DNA of 24,000 nucleotides, taken from assembly GCF_054903135.1 (NCBI RefSeq), contig NZ_CM142803.1, one strand, 5' to 3'. The notes below the pieces were generated by a model, which saw nothing but the letters and a program-made list of their open reading frames with translations, was not told the DNA's origin and did no database searches. Made by a program: the position numbers and the translations under genes. Positions 9,105-17,684 of the stretch are shown piece by piece. Position 1 is the stretch's first letter; the number at the start of each line of letters is the position of its first letter.

Positions 9105-9863
9105 TCAATTCTGCAAAACCGATGACACCAGCAGTTGTGTATACGGATGGTGCGGGTCGTCGAGCACGCGGTCGGTTAACCCACTCTCCACCACTTGCCC
9201 CTGCTTCATCACCAGCAAACGGTCCGCCAGCAGGCGGGCGACGCCTAAATCGTGGGTGACAATCACTACCGCGAGGTTCAGCTCCACCACCAGGCCGCGC
9301 AGCAGGTCGAGCAGGCGTGCCTGTACCGACACATCCAGTCCGCCGGTCGGCTCGTCCATAAACACCAGCTTCGGATGCGTCACCAGGTTGCGGGCGATCT
9401 GCAAACGTTGCTGCATGCCGCCGGAAAAGGTGGTCGGCAGGTCGTCGATCCGGTTGGCGGGAATTTCCACCTCTTCCAGCCACTTCTGCGCGGTGGCACG
9501 AATATCGCCGTAATGACGTGCCCCGGTCGCCATCAGCCGCTCGCCGATATTGCCGCCTGCCGAGACCTGACGGCGCAGGCCGTCGAGTGGATGCTGATGC
9601 ACTACGCCCCATTCGGTGCGCAGCAGGCGACGGCGGTCGGCCTCGCTCATTGCATACAGCGAACGGTTCTCGTAGTGAATCTCCCCCTGCTGCGGCGTCA
9701 GACGCGCGGAGATCGACTTCAGCAGCGTGGTCTTCCCGGAGCCGGATTCTCCGACAATGCCCAGCACTTCTCCCGGCCATAAATCAAAAGAGACATCGCT
9801 AAAGCCTTTGCCCGGCGCGTAAAGGTGGGTCAGGTTATTGACCGAAAGTAACGGTTTATTCAT
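9105..9863 (-). CDS. phnK: PhnK, an ABC-type ATPase associated with the C-P lyase core complex
   Basis: Starting at the ATG at 9863 gives 252 aa ([15 protein letters not shown]...) with Walker [10 protein letters not shown] and signature FSGGMQQR. It has an ATGA overlap with the phnJ stop. Confidence 0.95.
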   Translation of the reverse strand: MNKPLLSVNNLTHLYAPGKGFSDVSFDLWPGEVLGIVGESGSGKTTLLKSISARLTPQQGEIHYENRSLYAMSEADRRRLLRTEWGVVHQHPLDGLRRQVSAGGNIGERLMATGARHYGDIRATAQKWLEEVEIPANRIDDLPTTFSGGMQQRLQIARNLVTHPKLVFMDEPTGGLDVSVQARLLDLLRGLVVELNLAVVIVTHDLGVARLLADRLLVMKQGQVVESGLTDRVLDDPHHPYTQLLVSSVLQN

Positions 9864-10705
9864 TGGCTTTTCGCCTCGCTCTGTTGGCGGCAATAATCGG
9901 TATCGGAGCAGACAAACATGCGGTTTCCGGCGTCATCCAGCACCACTTCATCAAGATAGCTGTGGGTCGATCCGCAGATGGCGCATGGCTCATCCCACTG
10001 CTGAACGGTGAACGGGTGATCGTCGAAATCGAGACTTTCCACGCGGGTAAACGGCGGCACCGCATAGATGCGCTTCTCGCGCCCCGCGCCGAACAGCTGC
10101 AGGGCGGGCATCATGTCCATTTTTGGGTTATCGAATTTCGGGATCGGCGACGGGTCCATCACGTAGCGCCCATTTACCTTCACCGGATAGGCGTAGGTGG
10201 TGGCGATATGACCGAAGCGGGCAATATCTTCATACAGTTTCACCTGCATCACGCCGTACTCTTCCAGCGCGTGCATGGTGCGGGTTTCCGTTTCGCGCGG
10301 CTCGATAAAGCGCAGCGGTTCGGGGATCGGCACCTGGAAGATAATGATCTGATCTTCCGTCAGCGGCGTTTCGGGAATGCGGTGGCGCGTCTGGATAAGC
10401 GTCGCATCATCCGTACGTTCAGTGGTGTTCACCCCGGTCACGCGCTTAAAGAAGTTGCGAATCGACACGGCGTTGGTGGTGTCATCCGCGCCCTGGTCAA
10501 TCACCTTCAACACGTCGCTTTCGCCAATCACGCTGGCGGTGAGCTGTATGCCGCCGGTTCCCCAGCCGTATGGCATGGGCATCTCGCGCCCGCCAAACGG
10601 CACCTGATAACCGGGGATCGCCACCGCTTTTAAGATGGCGCGGCGGATCATGCGTTTGGTCTGCTCGTCGAGGTAGGCAAAGTTGTAGCCGCTCAGATTA
10701 GCCAT
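9860..10705 (-). CDS. phnJ: PhnJ, the C-P lyase catalytic subunit (radical SAM-dependent)
   Basis: Starting at the ATG at 10705 gives 281 aa (MANLSGYNFAYLDEQTKR...). The C-terminal Cys cluster CAICGS...FVCSDTDYC is present. The upstream 63 codons of the ORF-track entry overlap phnI out of frame. Confidence 0.95.
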   Translation of the reverse strand: MANLSGYNFAYLDEQTKRMIRRAILKAVAIPGYQVPFGGREMPMPYGWGTGGIQLTASVIGESDVLKVIDQGADDTTNAVSIRNFFKRVTGVNTTERTDDATLIQTRHRIPETPLTEDQIIIFQVPIPEPLRFIEPRETETRTMHALEEYGVMQVKLYEDIARFGHIATTYAYPVKVNGRYVMDPSPIPKFDNPKMDMMPALQLFGAGREKRIYAVPPFTRVESLDFDDHPFTVQQWDEPCAICGSTHSYLDEVVLDDAGNRMFVCSDTDYCRQQSEAKSQ

Positions 10706-11762
10706 GGTTCTGCTCCTGTTGCAGACGTTTGAGTAGCTCCAGTTCGGCCTGGAAATCGACGTAGTGCGGGAGTTTGAGGTGCGAGACAAAGCCTGCGGCT
10801 TCGACGTTGTCGGCATGTGCCAGCACAAACTCTTCATCCTGCGCCGGGCCTGTCGCGTGCTCGCCGTACTCCGGAGCCTGCAACGCACGGTCAACCAGCG
10901 CCATCGCCATCGCTTTGCGCTCGCTCATGCCGAACACCAGCCCGTAGCCGCGCGTGAAGTGCGGCGGCTCATCCGGCGGGTCAATAAAACCGTTGACCAT
11001 TTCACACTCGGTCATCAGCAGTTCGCCGACGTTCACCGCAAATCCCAGCTCTTCCGGCACAATCGACACGTCGATGTAACCACTGCGGATTTCGCCCGCG
11101 AACGGGTGATTGCGTCCGTAACCGCGCTGGGTAGAGTAGGCCAGCGCCAGCAAATAGCCTTCGTCGCCGCGCATCAACTGCTGCAAACGGGAAGAACGTG
11201 AACAGGGGTAAACCGGCGGCGTGCGGGTGATGTCATCCGGCTGTGCGCCGCTATCCTCTTCAAACTTCGCCAGCCCCTGACGCGCCAGCAGGCTGAAAAC
11301 GTGCGGCGACGGGGATTGTTCGCTGTCTGCGGTGGTCAGCGTCGGCGCTTCGCCGTTTGCCAGCAGGGTGAAATCGAGCAGGCGATGGGTGTAGTCGTAG
11401 GTTGGGCCAAGCAACTGACCGCCGGGAATATCTTTATAAACCGCTGAAATACGCCGTTCGAGACGCATCTCCGTGGTGTCGAGCGGCTCGCTTACCGCCA
11501 GCTTCGCCAGCGTGGTGCGGTAGGCGCGTAGCAGGAAAATCGCTTCGACGTTATCGCCGCTGGCCTGTTTCAGCGCCAGCGCCGCCAGTTCGCGGTCGGC
11601 AATGCCGCCTTCGGTCATCACGCGATCCACCGCAAGATTAAGCTGCTGTTCAATCTGGGCGACGCTCAGTTCAGGCAAATCGGTATTGCCCCGGCGTCGG
11701 CTCTCTTGCAGGGCGTGGGCGGCGTCGATCGCCTTCTCGCCCCCTTTCACGGCAACGTACAT
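10698..11762 (-). CDS. phnI: PhnI, the C-P lyase core / nucleosidase-type subunit
   Basis: Starting at the ATG at 11762 gives 354 aa ([19 protein letters not shown]...). It has a TGATG junction with phnH. Confidence 0.95.
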   Translation of the reverse strand: MYVAVKGGEKAIDAAHALQESRRRGNTDLPELSVAQIEQQLNLAVDRVMTEGGIADRELAALALKQASGDNVEAIFLLRAYRTTLAKLAVSEPLDTTEMRLERRISAVYKDIPGGQLLGPTYDYTHRLLDFTLLANGEAPTLTTADSEQSPSPHVFSLLARQGLAKFEEDSGAQPDDITRTPPVYPCSRSSRLQQLMRGDEGYLLALAYSTQRGYGRNHPFAGEIRSGYIDVSIVPEELGFAVNVGELLMTECEMVNGFIDPPDEPPHFTRGYGLVFGMSERKAMAMALVDRALQAPEYGEHATGPAQDEEFVLAHADNVEAAGFVSHLKLPHYVDFQAELELLKRLQQEQNHG

Positions 11763-12346
11763 CAGCACACCTCCACATGAGTGGTTCGCGGGATAGCCAG
11801 CAGGCGCTCGCCGCAGGTCAGGATCAGGTCGATGCCGAGCGGGAACGGGTGCGGGCGCTCGGTGAGTTCGTGCAGAATGCACTCCGGCAGCTGCGGAGCG
11901 ATCATTCGTTCTTCGGCAATACCCGCGCCAGTAAGGCGCAGCATGCGCCCGCCGCTCAGGCTGACGACCTGTAAAATCAGCGTCGCGCCCGCTTCCGGCG
12001 CAACAGCGGTGCCGCTGGAAAGAGCGTTGAGCTGTTCGCTGGAAATCGCTTCATCCGTTACCGCGAAGGTCGCCAGTTCCGGCTGATTGACCAGCGGCGC
12101 GTTGGTATGAAAACGCAGGCTCTGGCTGACGATATCGTTACTTAATGGCGCGGAAAGCCACACCGTCGTGTCGTTATCAGCCAGCGTCAGCAGCACGCTG
12201 GTGGTGGCGATATTCAGCGGCTGCCAGCCGCGTTTGAGCTGATGCAGGGCGACAATCACGCCCGGCTCGCTCATGGCCTTTAACAGGCGACGAAAACTGT
12301 GCTGGGCATCCTGCACAGGAAGCATAAAAGCGGTTTCCAGGGTCAT
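11762..12346 (-). CDS. phnH: PhnH, a C-P lyase core subunit
   Basis: 194-aa ORF with an ATGA overlap with the phnG stop. Its position in the operon fits. Confidence 0.95.
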   Translation of the reverse strand: MTLETAFMLPVQDAQHSFRRLLKAMSEPGVIVALHQLKRGWQPLNIATTSVLLTLADNDTTVWLSAPLSNDIVSQSLRFHTNAPLVNQPELATFAVTDEAISSEQLNALSSGTAVAPEAGATLILQVVSLSGGRMLRLTGAGIAEERMIAPQLPECILHELTERPHPFPLGIDLILTCGERLLAIPRTTHVEVC

Positions 12347-12795
12347 GCGTTGTCTCCGCGAACCATCGTAAAGAAGTCGACCCGGCTGGCGTTCACTTCG
12401 GCCTGGCGTGCGGCAATGCGTGCCATACGGTCAGCGTCCAGCGGGGCAATAAGGGTTTCTGATAAGTTTTGAAAATGGCGAGATTGCTGCATCAGCGCAT
12501 CAATCAGCGCGCAGCGTTCGGCGTGCTGTTTATCACGCCCCAGCACCCAGCTGTAGCCGAGGGTGCCGTCAGTCAGGCGTACGGCGGCGCGGGTCAGCGT
12601 GGCGTCGCCGGCAAAAAAGCGTTCGCCGGTACCGCCCATTCGCGCCTGAATCTGCACCAGGCCAGTTTCGGCAGTGCGGATCACTTCATAGTCGGCGGTG
12701 ATGTTCAGCGCGTTCAGGCGGGCTGCCAGTTCAGCCGGTTGGCTGTGCGCCAGTACGGACATCCAGTGCTGGCGGGTCGCGGTATCTGCGTGCAT
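12343..12795 (-). CDS. phnG: PhnG, a C-P lyase core subunit
   Basis: 150-aa ORF that starts immediately after the phnF stop (TGAATG). Confidence 0.95.
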   Translation of the reverse strand: MHADTATRQHWMSVLAHSQPAELAARLNALNITADYEVIRTAETGLVQIQARMGGTGERFFAGDATLTRAAVRLTDGTLGYSWVLGRDKQHAERCALIDALMQQSRHFQNLSETLIAPLDADRMARIAARQAEVNASRVDFFTMVRGDNA

Positions 12796-13521
12796 TCAGT
12801 GCTCCATAGTGAATTCAATCATGTCGGCGCGCGTCAGGCTGACGGAGTACTCCGCCGGGCTGCTTTCACCGTCACGGTGGTTAAGGGTGCGCACGCACAG
12901 CAGCGGCGACATATTCGGGATTTCAAGGCGCTGGCACTCTTTGGCCTGGGCGCGGCGGGCGCTGATCCGCGTCTGGCTGCGGCGCAGCGCAATTCCGGTT
13001 TGCTCGCGCAGAAAATCGTGCAGCGAACCGCTGTCGAAACGTTGCAGTGTCGGCCAGAGGGTGAGGTCCGCAAAGTAGTGGTCGATTAAACAGAGCGCGA
13101 CGCCGTTGACGCGACGCAGGGTGCGCAAATGGATAACGTTCTCGCCCTCGGTAATCCCCAGCGCGTCAGCGACGTGACCGGACGCGGGGCGCAATACCGA
13201 CAGCAGTTTTTCGCTGGTGGGATGGCTACCCTGGTCCAGCAGGTTCTGGCTAAAACGCGCCTGGGCGTTGAGCGGGTAATCGAACGGGCGCATCAGCACC
13301 AGCACGCCGACGCCCTGACGGCGCTGTACCCAGCCTTTTTCCACCAGTTGGTCGATGGCGCGGCGCAGGGTGTGGCGGTTCACCTCAAAGCGCGCCGCCA
13401 GTTGCTGCTCGGCGGGAAGATAGTCGCCGCAGCGGTAGTGTTGACGAAGCTCCTGCTCAAGTTTTGCGGCTATCTCTTGATAGCGTGTTGGGTAGCTGGT
13501 CGGATGTGTAGACAAGTGCAT
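12796..13521 (-). CDS. phnF: PhnF, the GntR/HutC-family transcriptional repressor of the phn operon
   Basis: Starting at the ATG at 13521 gives 241 aa (MHLSTHPTSYPTRYQEIAAKLEQELR...). It has an N-terminal winged HTH (LPAEQQLAARFEVNRHTLRRAI) and a C-terminal UTRA-like domain. Confidence 0.93.
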   Translation of the reverse strand: MHLSTHPTSYPTRYQEIAAKLEQELRQHYRCGDYLPAEQQLAARFEVNRHTLRRAIDQLVEKGWVQRRQGVGVLVLMRPFDYPLNAQARFSQNLLDQGSHPTSEKLLSVLRPASGHVADALGITEGENVIHLRTLRRVNGVALCLIDHYFADLTLWPTLQRFDSGSLHDFLREQTGIALRRSQTRISARRAQAKECQRLEIPNMSPLLCVRTLNHRDGESSPAEYSVSLTRADMIEFTMEH

Positions 13522-13541
13522 AGATATCAATGCCTCGCTTA

Positions 13542-14321
13542 TCAGATAAAGTGCTTACGCAACCGTTGAGAGAGGAAATCCAGCAGGCTGACCGTGACGA
13601 TGATAAGCACCATCAGGGCGCAGGTTTGCTGGAACTGGAAACCGCGAATCGCTTCCCACAGGGTGACGCCGATCCCGCCTGCACCGACCATGCCGACGAC
13701 GGTCGCCGAGCGGACGTTGGATTCGAAGCGATAGAGGGAGTAGGAGATCAGCAGCGGCATTACCTGTGGCAGCACGCCGTAAAGGATCTCTTCCAGCTTG
13801 TTGGCACCGGTGGCGCGAATGCCTTCTACCGGGCCGGGTTCAATCGCTTCCACCGCTTCGGAAAGCAGCTTGGAGAGCACGCCGGTGGTGTGGATAAACA
13901 GCGCCAGCACGCCAGCGAACGGGCCGAGGCCGACGGCGACCACGAACAGCATGGCGAAGACCATTTCGTTAATGGCGCGGCAGGCGTCCATCAGGCGGCG
14001 AACGGGCTGGTAAACCCACCACGGCACCAGGTTTTCGGCGCTCATCAGGCCGAAGGGGATGGAGAGAACCACTGCCAGCGCGGTGCCCCAGACGGCGATT
14101 TGCAGCGTGACGGCCATTTCGGTGAGGTAATCCTGCCACTGGCTGAAATCGGGCGGGAAGAAGTCGGCAGCGAAGGTTGCCATGTTGCCGCCGTCTTTAA
14201 TCAGCGTAAGCGGGGCCATTTCCGCGCCCTGCCACGAGACGACCAGCACGGCGAGAACAACGGCCCAGCTCAGAAGCGAGAACCAGCTACGCTTGGGTGG
14301 GGCGATGGTGATGGTTTGCAT
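13542..14321 (-). CDS. phnE: PhnE, phosphonate ABC transporter permease; an intact (in-frame) allele
   Basis: An uninterrupted 259-aa multi-TM ORF with an EAA-loop-like segment ([19 protein letters not shown]). GGAG lies 7 nt upstream of the ATG. Confidence 0.93.
13901..13916. repeat. Tandem 8-bp direct repeat inside phnE (two units); the known slipped-strand hotspot
   Basis: The plus strand reads GCGCCAGC ACGCCAGC. On the coding strand this is GCTGGCGT GCTGGCGC, encoding ...F-A-G-V-L-A-L-F.... Confidence 0.8.
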
Positions 14322-14344
14322 GTTTGGCTCCGTTTAATGTTTTC

Positions 14345-14368
14345 TCCCTCTCCCTCAAGGGAGAGGGG
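14345..14368. repeat. GC-rich hairpin repeat (same family as 5320-5420) in the phnD-phnE intercistronic gap
   Basis: CCCTCTCCC (14346-14354) pairs with GGGAGAGGG (14359-14367) around the loop TCAA. The flanking GGGGACCGAT is the reverse complement of ATCGGTCCCC at 5378-5387. Confidence 0.7.
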
Positions 14369-14382
14369 ACCGATCGAGCACA

Positions 14383-15399
14383 TTACTGCACCGCTTTACT
14401 CACCGAACTCATCGCGCTTAACGCGTTGTTCAGGCGGTCCAGGTCATCCAGCTGCGCCTGAATCTCGGTGGTTTTCGCCAGCTTGTCCTGCTCATTCAGT
14501 CCTTTATTGCTTTTTACGCCCTGCATCTCTTTAAACAGTGCGAGCTGGCGAATCGGCACCAGTTGCAGGTCGCTGGAGGCGCGGAACGGGGCCCAGCCCA
14601 GGCGTTCCAGCACCGCTTTCTCTTCCGGCGTTTTTCCGTAGTTCATAAAGAAGTCGTAGATCTTGTCTTTGGTGGTTTCGGAGAGATTCTTGCGCCAGAC
14701 GATCGGATCGCCTGGGATCAGCGGCGACTTCCAGATCACCTTCAGTTCTTTCAGCTTCTCTGGCGCGGAGGTTTTCAGCTTGTCGAGGTTTTCGGTGTTG
14801 TTGGTGGCAACATCCACCTGCTTGTTGGCGACGGCCAGCGCGTTGGTTTCATGCCCAGCGTTGACGGTGCGCTTAAAGTCGCTGGCGGAGATATTGTTTT
14901 TGGCAAAGACGTAGTAACCGGGGACGAGGAAGCCAGAGGTGGAGTTAGGATCGCCATTGCCGAAGGTGAGATCTTTCCGCTTCGCCAGCAGATCGTTCAG
15001 GTTGTTGATCGGACTATCTTTGTTGACGATCAACACGCTCCAGTAACCTGGCGATCCATCCGCCGCGACCGTCTGGGCGAAGACCTGGCCGTTGGCGCGA
15101 TCCACCGCTTCCATTGCCGACAGGTTGCCGTACCAGGCGATATCCACTTTATTGAAGCGCATTCCCTGGATAATGCCTGCGTAGTCTGGGGCAAAGAAGG
15201 CGTTCACCTTCACGCCCAGCTTCTTCTCCATATCCTGTAAGAATGGCGTCCATTGCGGTTTCAGGTTTTGCTGTGATTCCGTTGAAATAATGCCGAAATT
15301 CAGCGCCTTTTCCTGCTCTTCGGCGTGTGCCGGGCTTAACAGGGTGCTGAGGCTGAACATGCTGGTGAAGGCCAGCGAGGCAATTATCTTAGCGTTCAT
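14383..15399 (-). CDS. phnD: PhnD, periplasmic phosphonate-binding protein
   Basis: 338-aa ORF with the signal peptide MNAKIIASLAFTSMFSLSTLLSPAHA|EE. It lies between phnC and phnE. Confidence 0.96.
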   Translation of the reverse strand: MNAKIIASLAFTSMFSLSTLLSPAHAEEQEKALNFGIISTESQQNLKPQWTPFLQDMEKKLGVKVNAFFAPDYAGIIQGMRFNKVDIAWYGNLSAMEAVDRANGQVFAQTVAADGSPGYWSVLIVNKDSPINNLNDLLAKRKDLTFGNGDPNSTSGFLVPGYYVFAKNNISASDFKRTVNAGHETNALAVANKQVDVATNNTENLDKLKTSAPEKLKELKVIWKSPLIPGDPIVWRKNLSETTKDKIYDFFMNYGKTPEEKAVLERLGWAPFRASSDLQLVPIRQLALFKEMQGVKSNKGLNEQDKLAKTTEIQAQLDDLDRLNNALSAMSSVSKAVQ

Positions 15400-15423
15400 T
15401 CGTTTTCCTCAATGATGGGGATG

Positions 15424-16212
15424 TCAGGCAGCTTTCGCGTTCTCTTCGATGCGATTAATGCTGCGGTAGAGATGGTCAAAACGTTCGTTATCAAACTGTT
15501 GGCTGCTGCCGTCGTAGAAAACGTGCCCCTGGCGCAGGGCGACGATGCGTTCGCAGTAGCGCAGGGCGTAATCCACCTGATGTAGCGTGACGACCACGGT
15601 GATGCCGTCGTTCTGGTTGATGTCGCGCAGGGTGTCCATCACGATGCGGGCGGATTCCGGGTCCAGCGAGGCGATGGGTTCATCGGCCAGAATCACCTTC
15701 GCCTGCTGCATCAGCGCGCGGGCAATCGCCACACGCTGCTGCTGTCCGCCGGAGAGGGTGGAAACGCGCTGATGGGCAAAATGCACCATGCCAACGCGGG
15801 TCAGCGCCTGTAACGCGCGCTGTTTCTGCTCGCCGGTGAACCAGCTAAAACAGGTGCGCCAGAACGGCGTGCTGCCGAGCGCGCCAATCAGCACGTTCTC
15901 CAGTACGCTCAGGCGGTTCACCAGGTTGAATTGTTGGAAGATGTAGCCGGTGTTGGCGCGGCTTTTGCGGATATCGCGCGCCAGACGGCCTTCGCGCTGG
16001 ACTGTGCGGCCCAGCAGCTCGATATGGCTGCCGGCGGATTTATCGCCGGTAATCAAACCGCTTAAGTGACGTAAAAGGGTGGATTTGCCGGAACCCGACG
16101 GCCCAAGCAGAGCCACCATTTCACCGTGATGAATGTTCAGATCAACCGCATGCAGCGCCTGATGCTGATTGAAGGTTTTGGCGAGCTTCTCGACACGGAT
16201 AATCGTTTGCAT
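15424..16212 (-). CDS. phnC: PhnC, phosphonate ABC transporter ATPase
   Basis: 262-aa ORF with Walker [10 protein letters not shown], signature LSGGQQQR and Walker B ILADEP. GGGAGG lies upstream of the ATG. Confidence 0.96.
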   Translation of the reverse strand: MQTIIRVEKLAKTFNQHQALHAVDLNIHHGEMVALLGPSGSGKSTLLRHLSGLITGDKSAGSHIELLGRTVQREGRLARDIRKSRANTGYIFQQFNLVNRLSVLENVLIGALGSTPFWRTCFSWFTGEQKQRALQALTRVGMVHFAHQRVSTLSGGQQQRVAIARALMQQAKVILADEPIASLDPESARIVMDTLRDINQNDGITVVVTLHQVDYALRYCERIVALRQGHVFYDGSSQQFDNERFDHLYRSINRIEENAKAA

Positions 16213-16267
16213 GATGCAGCCTCCCTAAAAAAGTGGCTCCATCGTGGCGGATTATTGTGACGATTTG

Positions 16268-16289
16268 GTTAATTAAAAGTGACTAACAG
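16268..16289 (-). promoter_or_regulatory. Pho box (PhoB binding site) of the phnC promoter
   Basis: The minus strand reads CTGTTAGTCAC TTTTAATTAAC, two 11-bp units. This matches the remembered phnC Pho box CTGTTAGTCACTTTTAAT and lies ~55-75 nt upstream of the phnC ATG. An extra consensus half-site CTGTCAT sits further upstream at 16312-16318. Confidence 0.75.
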
Positions 16290-16320
16290 ATGAAGAGTTA
16301 ACGGGAATTCGATGACAGTG

Positions 16321-16339
16321 CGGGAGGGCGGGCCTCCCG
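16321..16339 (-). terminator. GC-rich hairpin just downstream of yjdN; a possible terminator or insulator ahead of the phnC promoter
   Basis: CGGGAGG (16321-16327) pairs with CCTCCCG (16333-16339) around a 5-nt loop. No U-tract follows on either strand, so it is not a canonical intrinsic terminator. Confidence 0.35.
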
Positions 16340-16344
16340 GCGGA

Positions 16345-16788
16345 TTATTGCGTTGGTTGTTGTTTGACGACATTAATCATCCACGGTACGCCAAATTTAT
16401 CGGTGACTTTGCCAAAGCCATGCGCCCAGAAAGTTTCCTGCCAGGCCATTTCGATTTTTCCGTTAGCGGCAAGATTGTCAAACCAGCGTTTTCCTTCTTC
16501 GACCTGTTGCGAATCGAGCACCAGCGTAAAGCCGGAGTAGCTGGCTTTTCCTGACGGCATGGCATCGCTCATCATGATGTCGCTTCCGGCAATGCGCACG
16601 TTGGCATGAGCGATGGCGGTATCGGGAAATTGCATTCCGGAAGGGCAGTTCTCGGCGCTGTCCTGCGCTGATTTTGGCATTTCGCCGAAGCTGATTTTAT
16701 AGAGCAGTTCAGCGCCCAACGTACGTTGATAATAAGCAATTGCGTCGGCACAGTTACCGGCAAAAGAGAGGTAGGGACTTAACGGCAT
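16345..16788 (-). CDS. yjdN: YjdN (PhnB), a glyoxalase/bleomycin-resistance (VOC) fold protein of unknown function
   Basis: 147-aa ORF MPLSPYLSFAGNCADAIAYYQRTLGAELL..., typical of the PhnB-like/3-demethylubiquinone-9 methyltransferase-domain family. Confidence 0.93.
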   Translation of the reverse strand: MPLSPYLSFAGNCADAIAYYQRTLGAELLYKISFGEMPKSAQDSAENCPSGMQFPDTAIAHANVRIAGSDIMMSDAMPSGKASYSGFTLVLDSQQVEEGKRWFDNLAANGKIEMAWQETFWAHGFGKVTDKFGVPWMINVVKQQPTQ

Positions 16789-16853
16789 GATGGTGACCTC
16801 AGTTAAGAGAAGCCAGTTAAGTGTAGTTCGAAATTTATACAGATGAGAGGGAA

Positions 16854-16929
16854 GCCTGATAAGACGCGGTCAGCGTCGCATCAGGCAGTCGGCATCGTTG
16901 CCGGATGCGGCGCGAGCGCCTTATCCGGC
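16854..16929. repeat. Pair of REP elements (BIME-like) between yjdM and yjdN
   Basis: GCCTGATAAGACGCGGTCAGCGTCGCATCAGGC (16854-16886) and GCCGGATGCGGCGCGAGCGCCTTATCCGGC (16900-16929). Confidence 0.9.
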
Positions 16930-16947
16930 TTACCGATCACAATACAA

Positions 16948-17283
16948 TCAGTTCTTTTTCACAAACTCAGATTTCAGTTTCATCGGACCAAAACCGTCGA
17001 TTTTGCAATCGATGTTATGGTCGCCTTCAACCAGGCGGATGTTTTTCACTTTGGTGCCAATTTTCAGCATCGAAGAGCTACCTTTCACCTTCAGATCTTT
17101 AATGATGGTAACGCTGTCGCCGTCAGCCAGCAGATTGCCGTTAGCATCTTTAACGATCAGCTCGTCGCTTTCCTGTGCAGGTTCTGCGTCGTTCCATTCG
17201 TAGGCACATTCCGGGCAGATGTACATGCCGTTATCTTCGTAAGTGTATTCGGAGTTGCATTTTGGGCAGTGTGGTAATGACAT
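16948..17283 (-). CDS. yjdM: YjdM (PhnA), a zinc-ribbon protein
   Basis: Starting at the ATG at 17283 gives 111 aa, [30 protein letters not shown]..., with a CxxC...CxxC zinc ribbon. The 49 extra upstream codons in the ORF track are not protein-like. Confidence 0.93.
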
Positions 17284-17684
17284 GTGGATTTCCTCAAAAG
17301 TCAGCAGGGCAAAAGCGCCAAAAAACGGCAGATTGCCGAAAAAGGCCGCAATTATACACAAAATCCCTGAGTTTGTCGGGGGTACTGCTGATTTTAGACG
17401 ACGATCGTTTTCATTTGAAAGGAAACGCAAAAAGAAAATAATCTTTTTGCCTCTATTTATTATTTAAGATAATGTTAATGCTCTACTTGTTCTTTTTTTT
17501 ATTCACATGATATTTTTATCTTTCTGACGTTTTAAACGTATCAGAAGACGTTATTTATTCTGATAAAAAACAACACACTAAATATAAAATTATTTCTTGC
17601 AGTAATTATAAAAGCCGAAAACAGAACTCAAAAACAATCTGGCTAAATAAAAGTAACAAAATTTGCTTTAAGGAAGAATTTTCT

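Noticed and set aside
13530-14534. A 334-aa plus-strand ORF antisense to phnE and the 3' end of phnD
   Set aside because: This is a shadow ORF across two genes and a repeat. It is rich in G/D/H/R/A, has no RBS or motif, and the opposite strand is clearly coding.
9863-15240. Other long antisense ORFs in the phn operon: 9863-10633 (256 aa), 12469-13089 (206 aa), 14563-15240 (225 aa), 10764-11201, 7823-8468 and others
   Set aside because: All lie opposite well-supported phn genes and have skewed Arg/Gly/His/Val composition. They are the expected by-product of GC-rich, codon-biased genes and are not evidence of overlapping genes.
16843-17467. Plus-strand ORFs (144, 101, 65, 88 and 74 aa) over the REP pair, yjdM and its upstream region
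   Set aside because: They are antisense to the well-supported zinc-ribbon gene yjdM or begin inside REP elements. They have no RBS and low-complexity translations.
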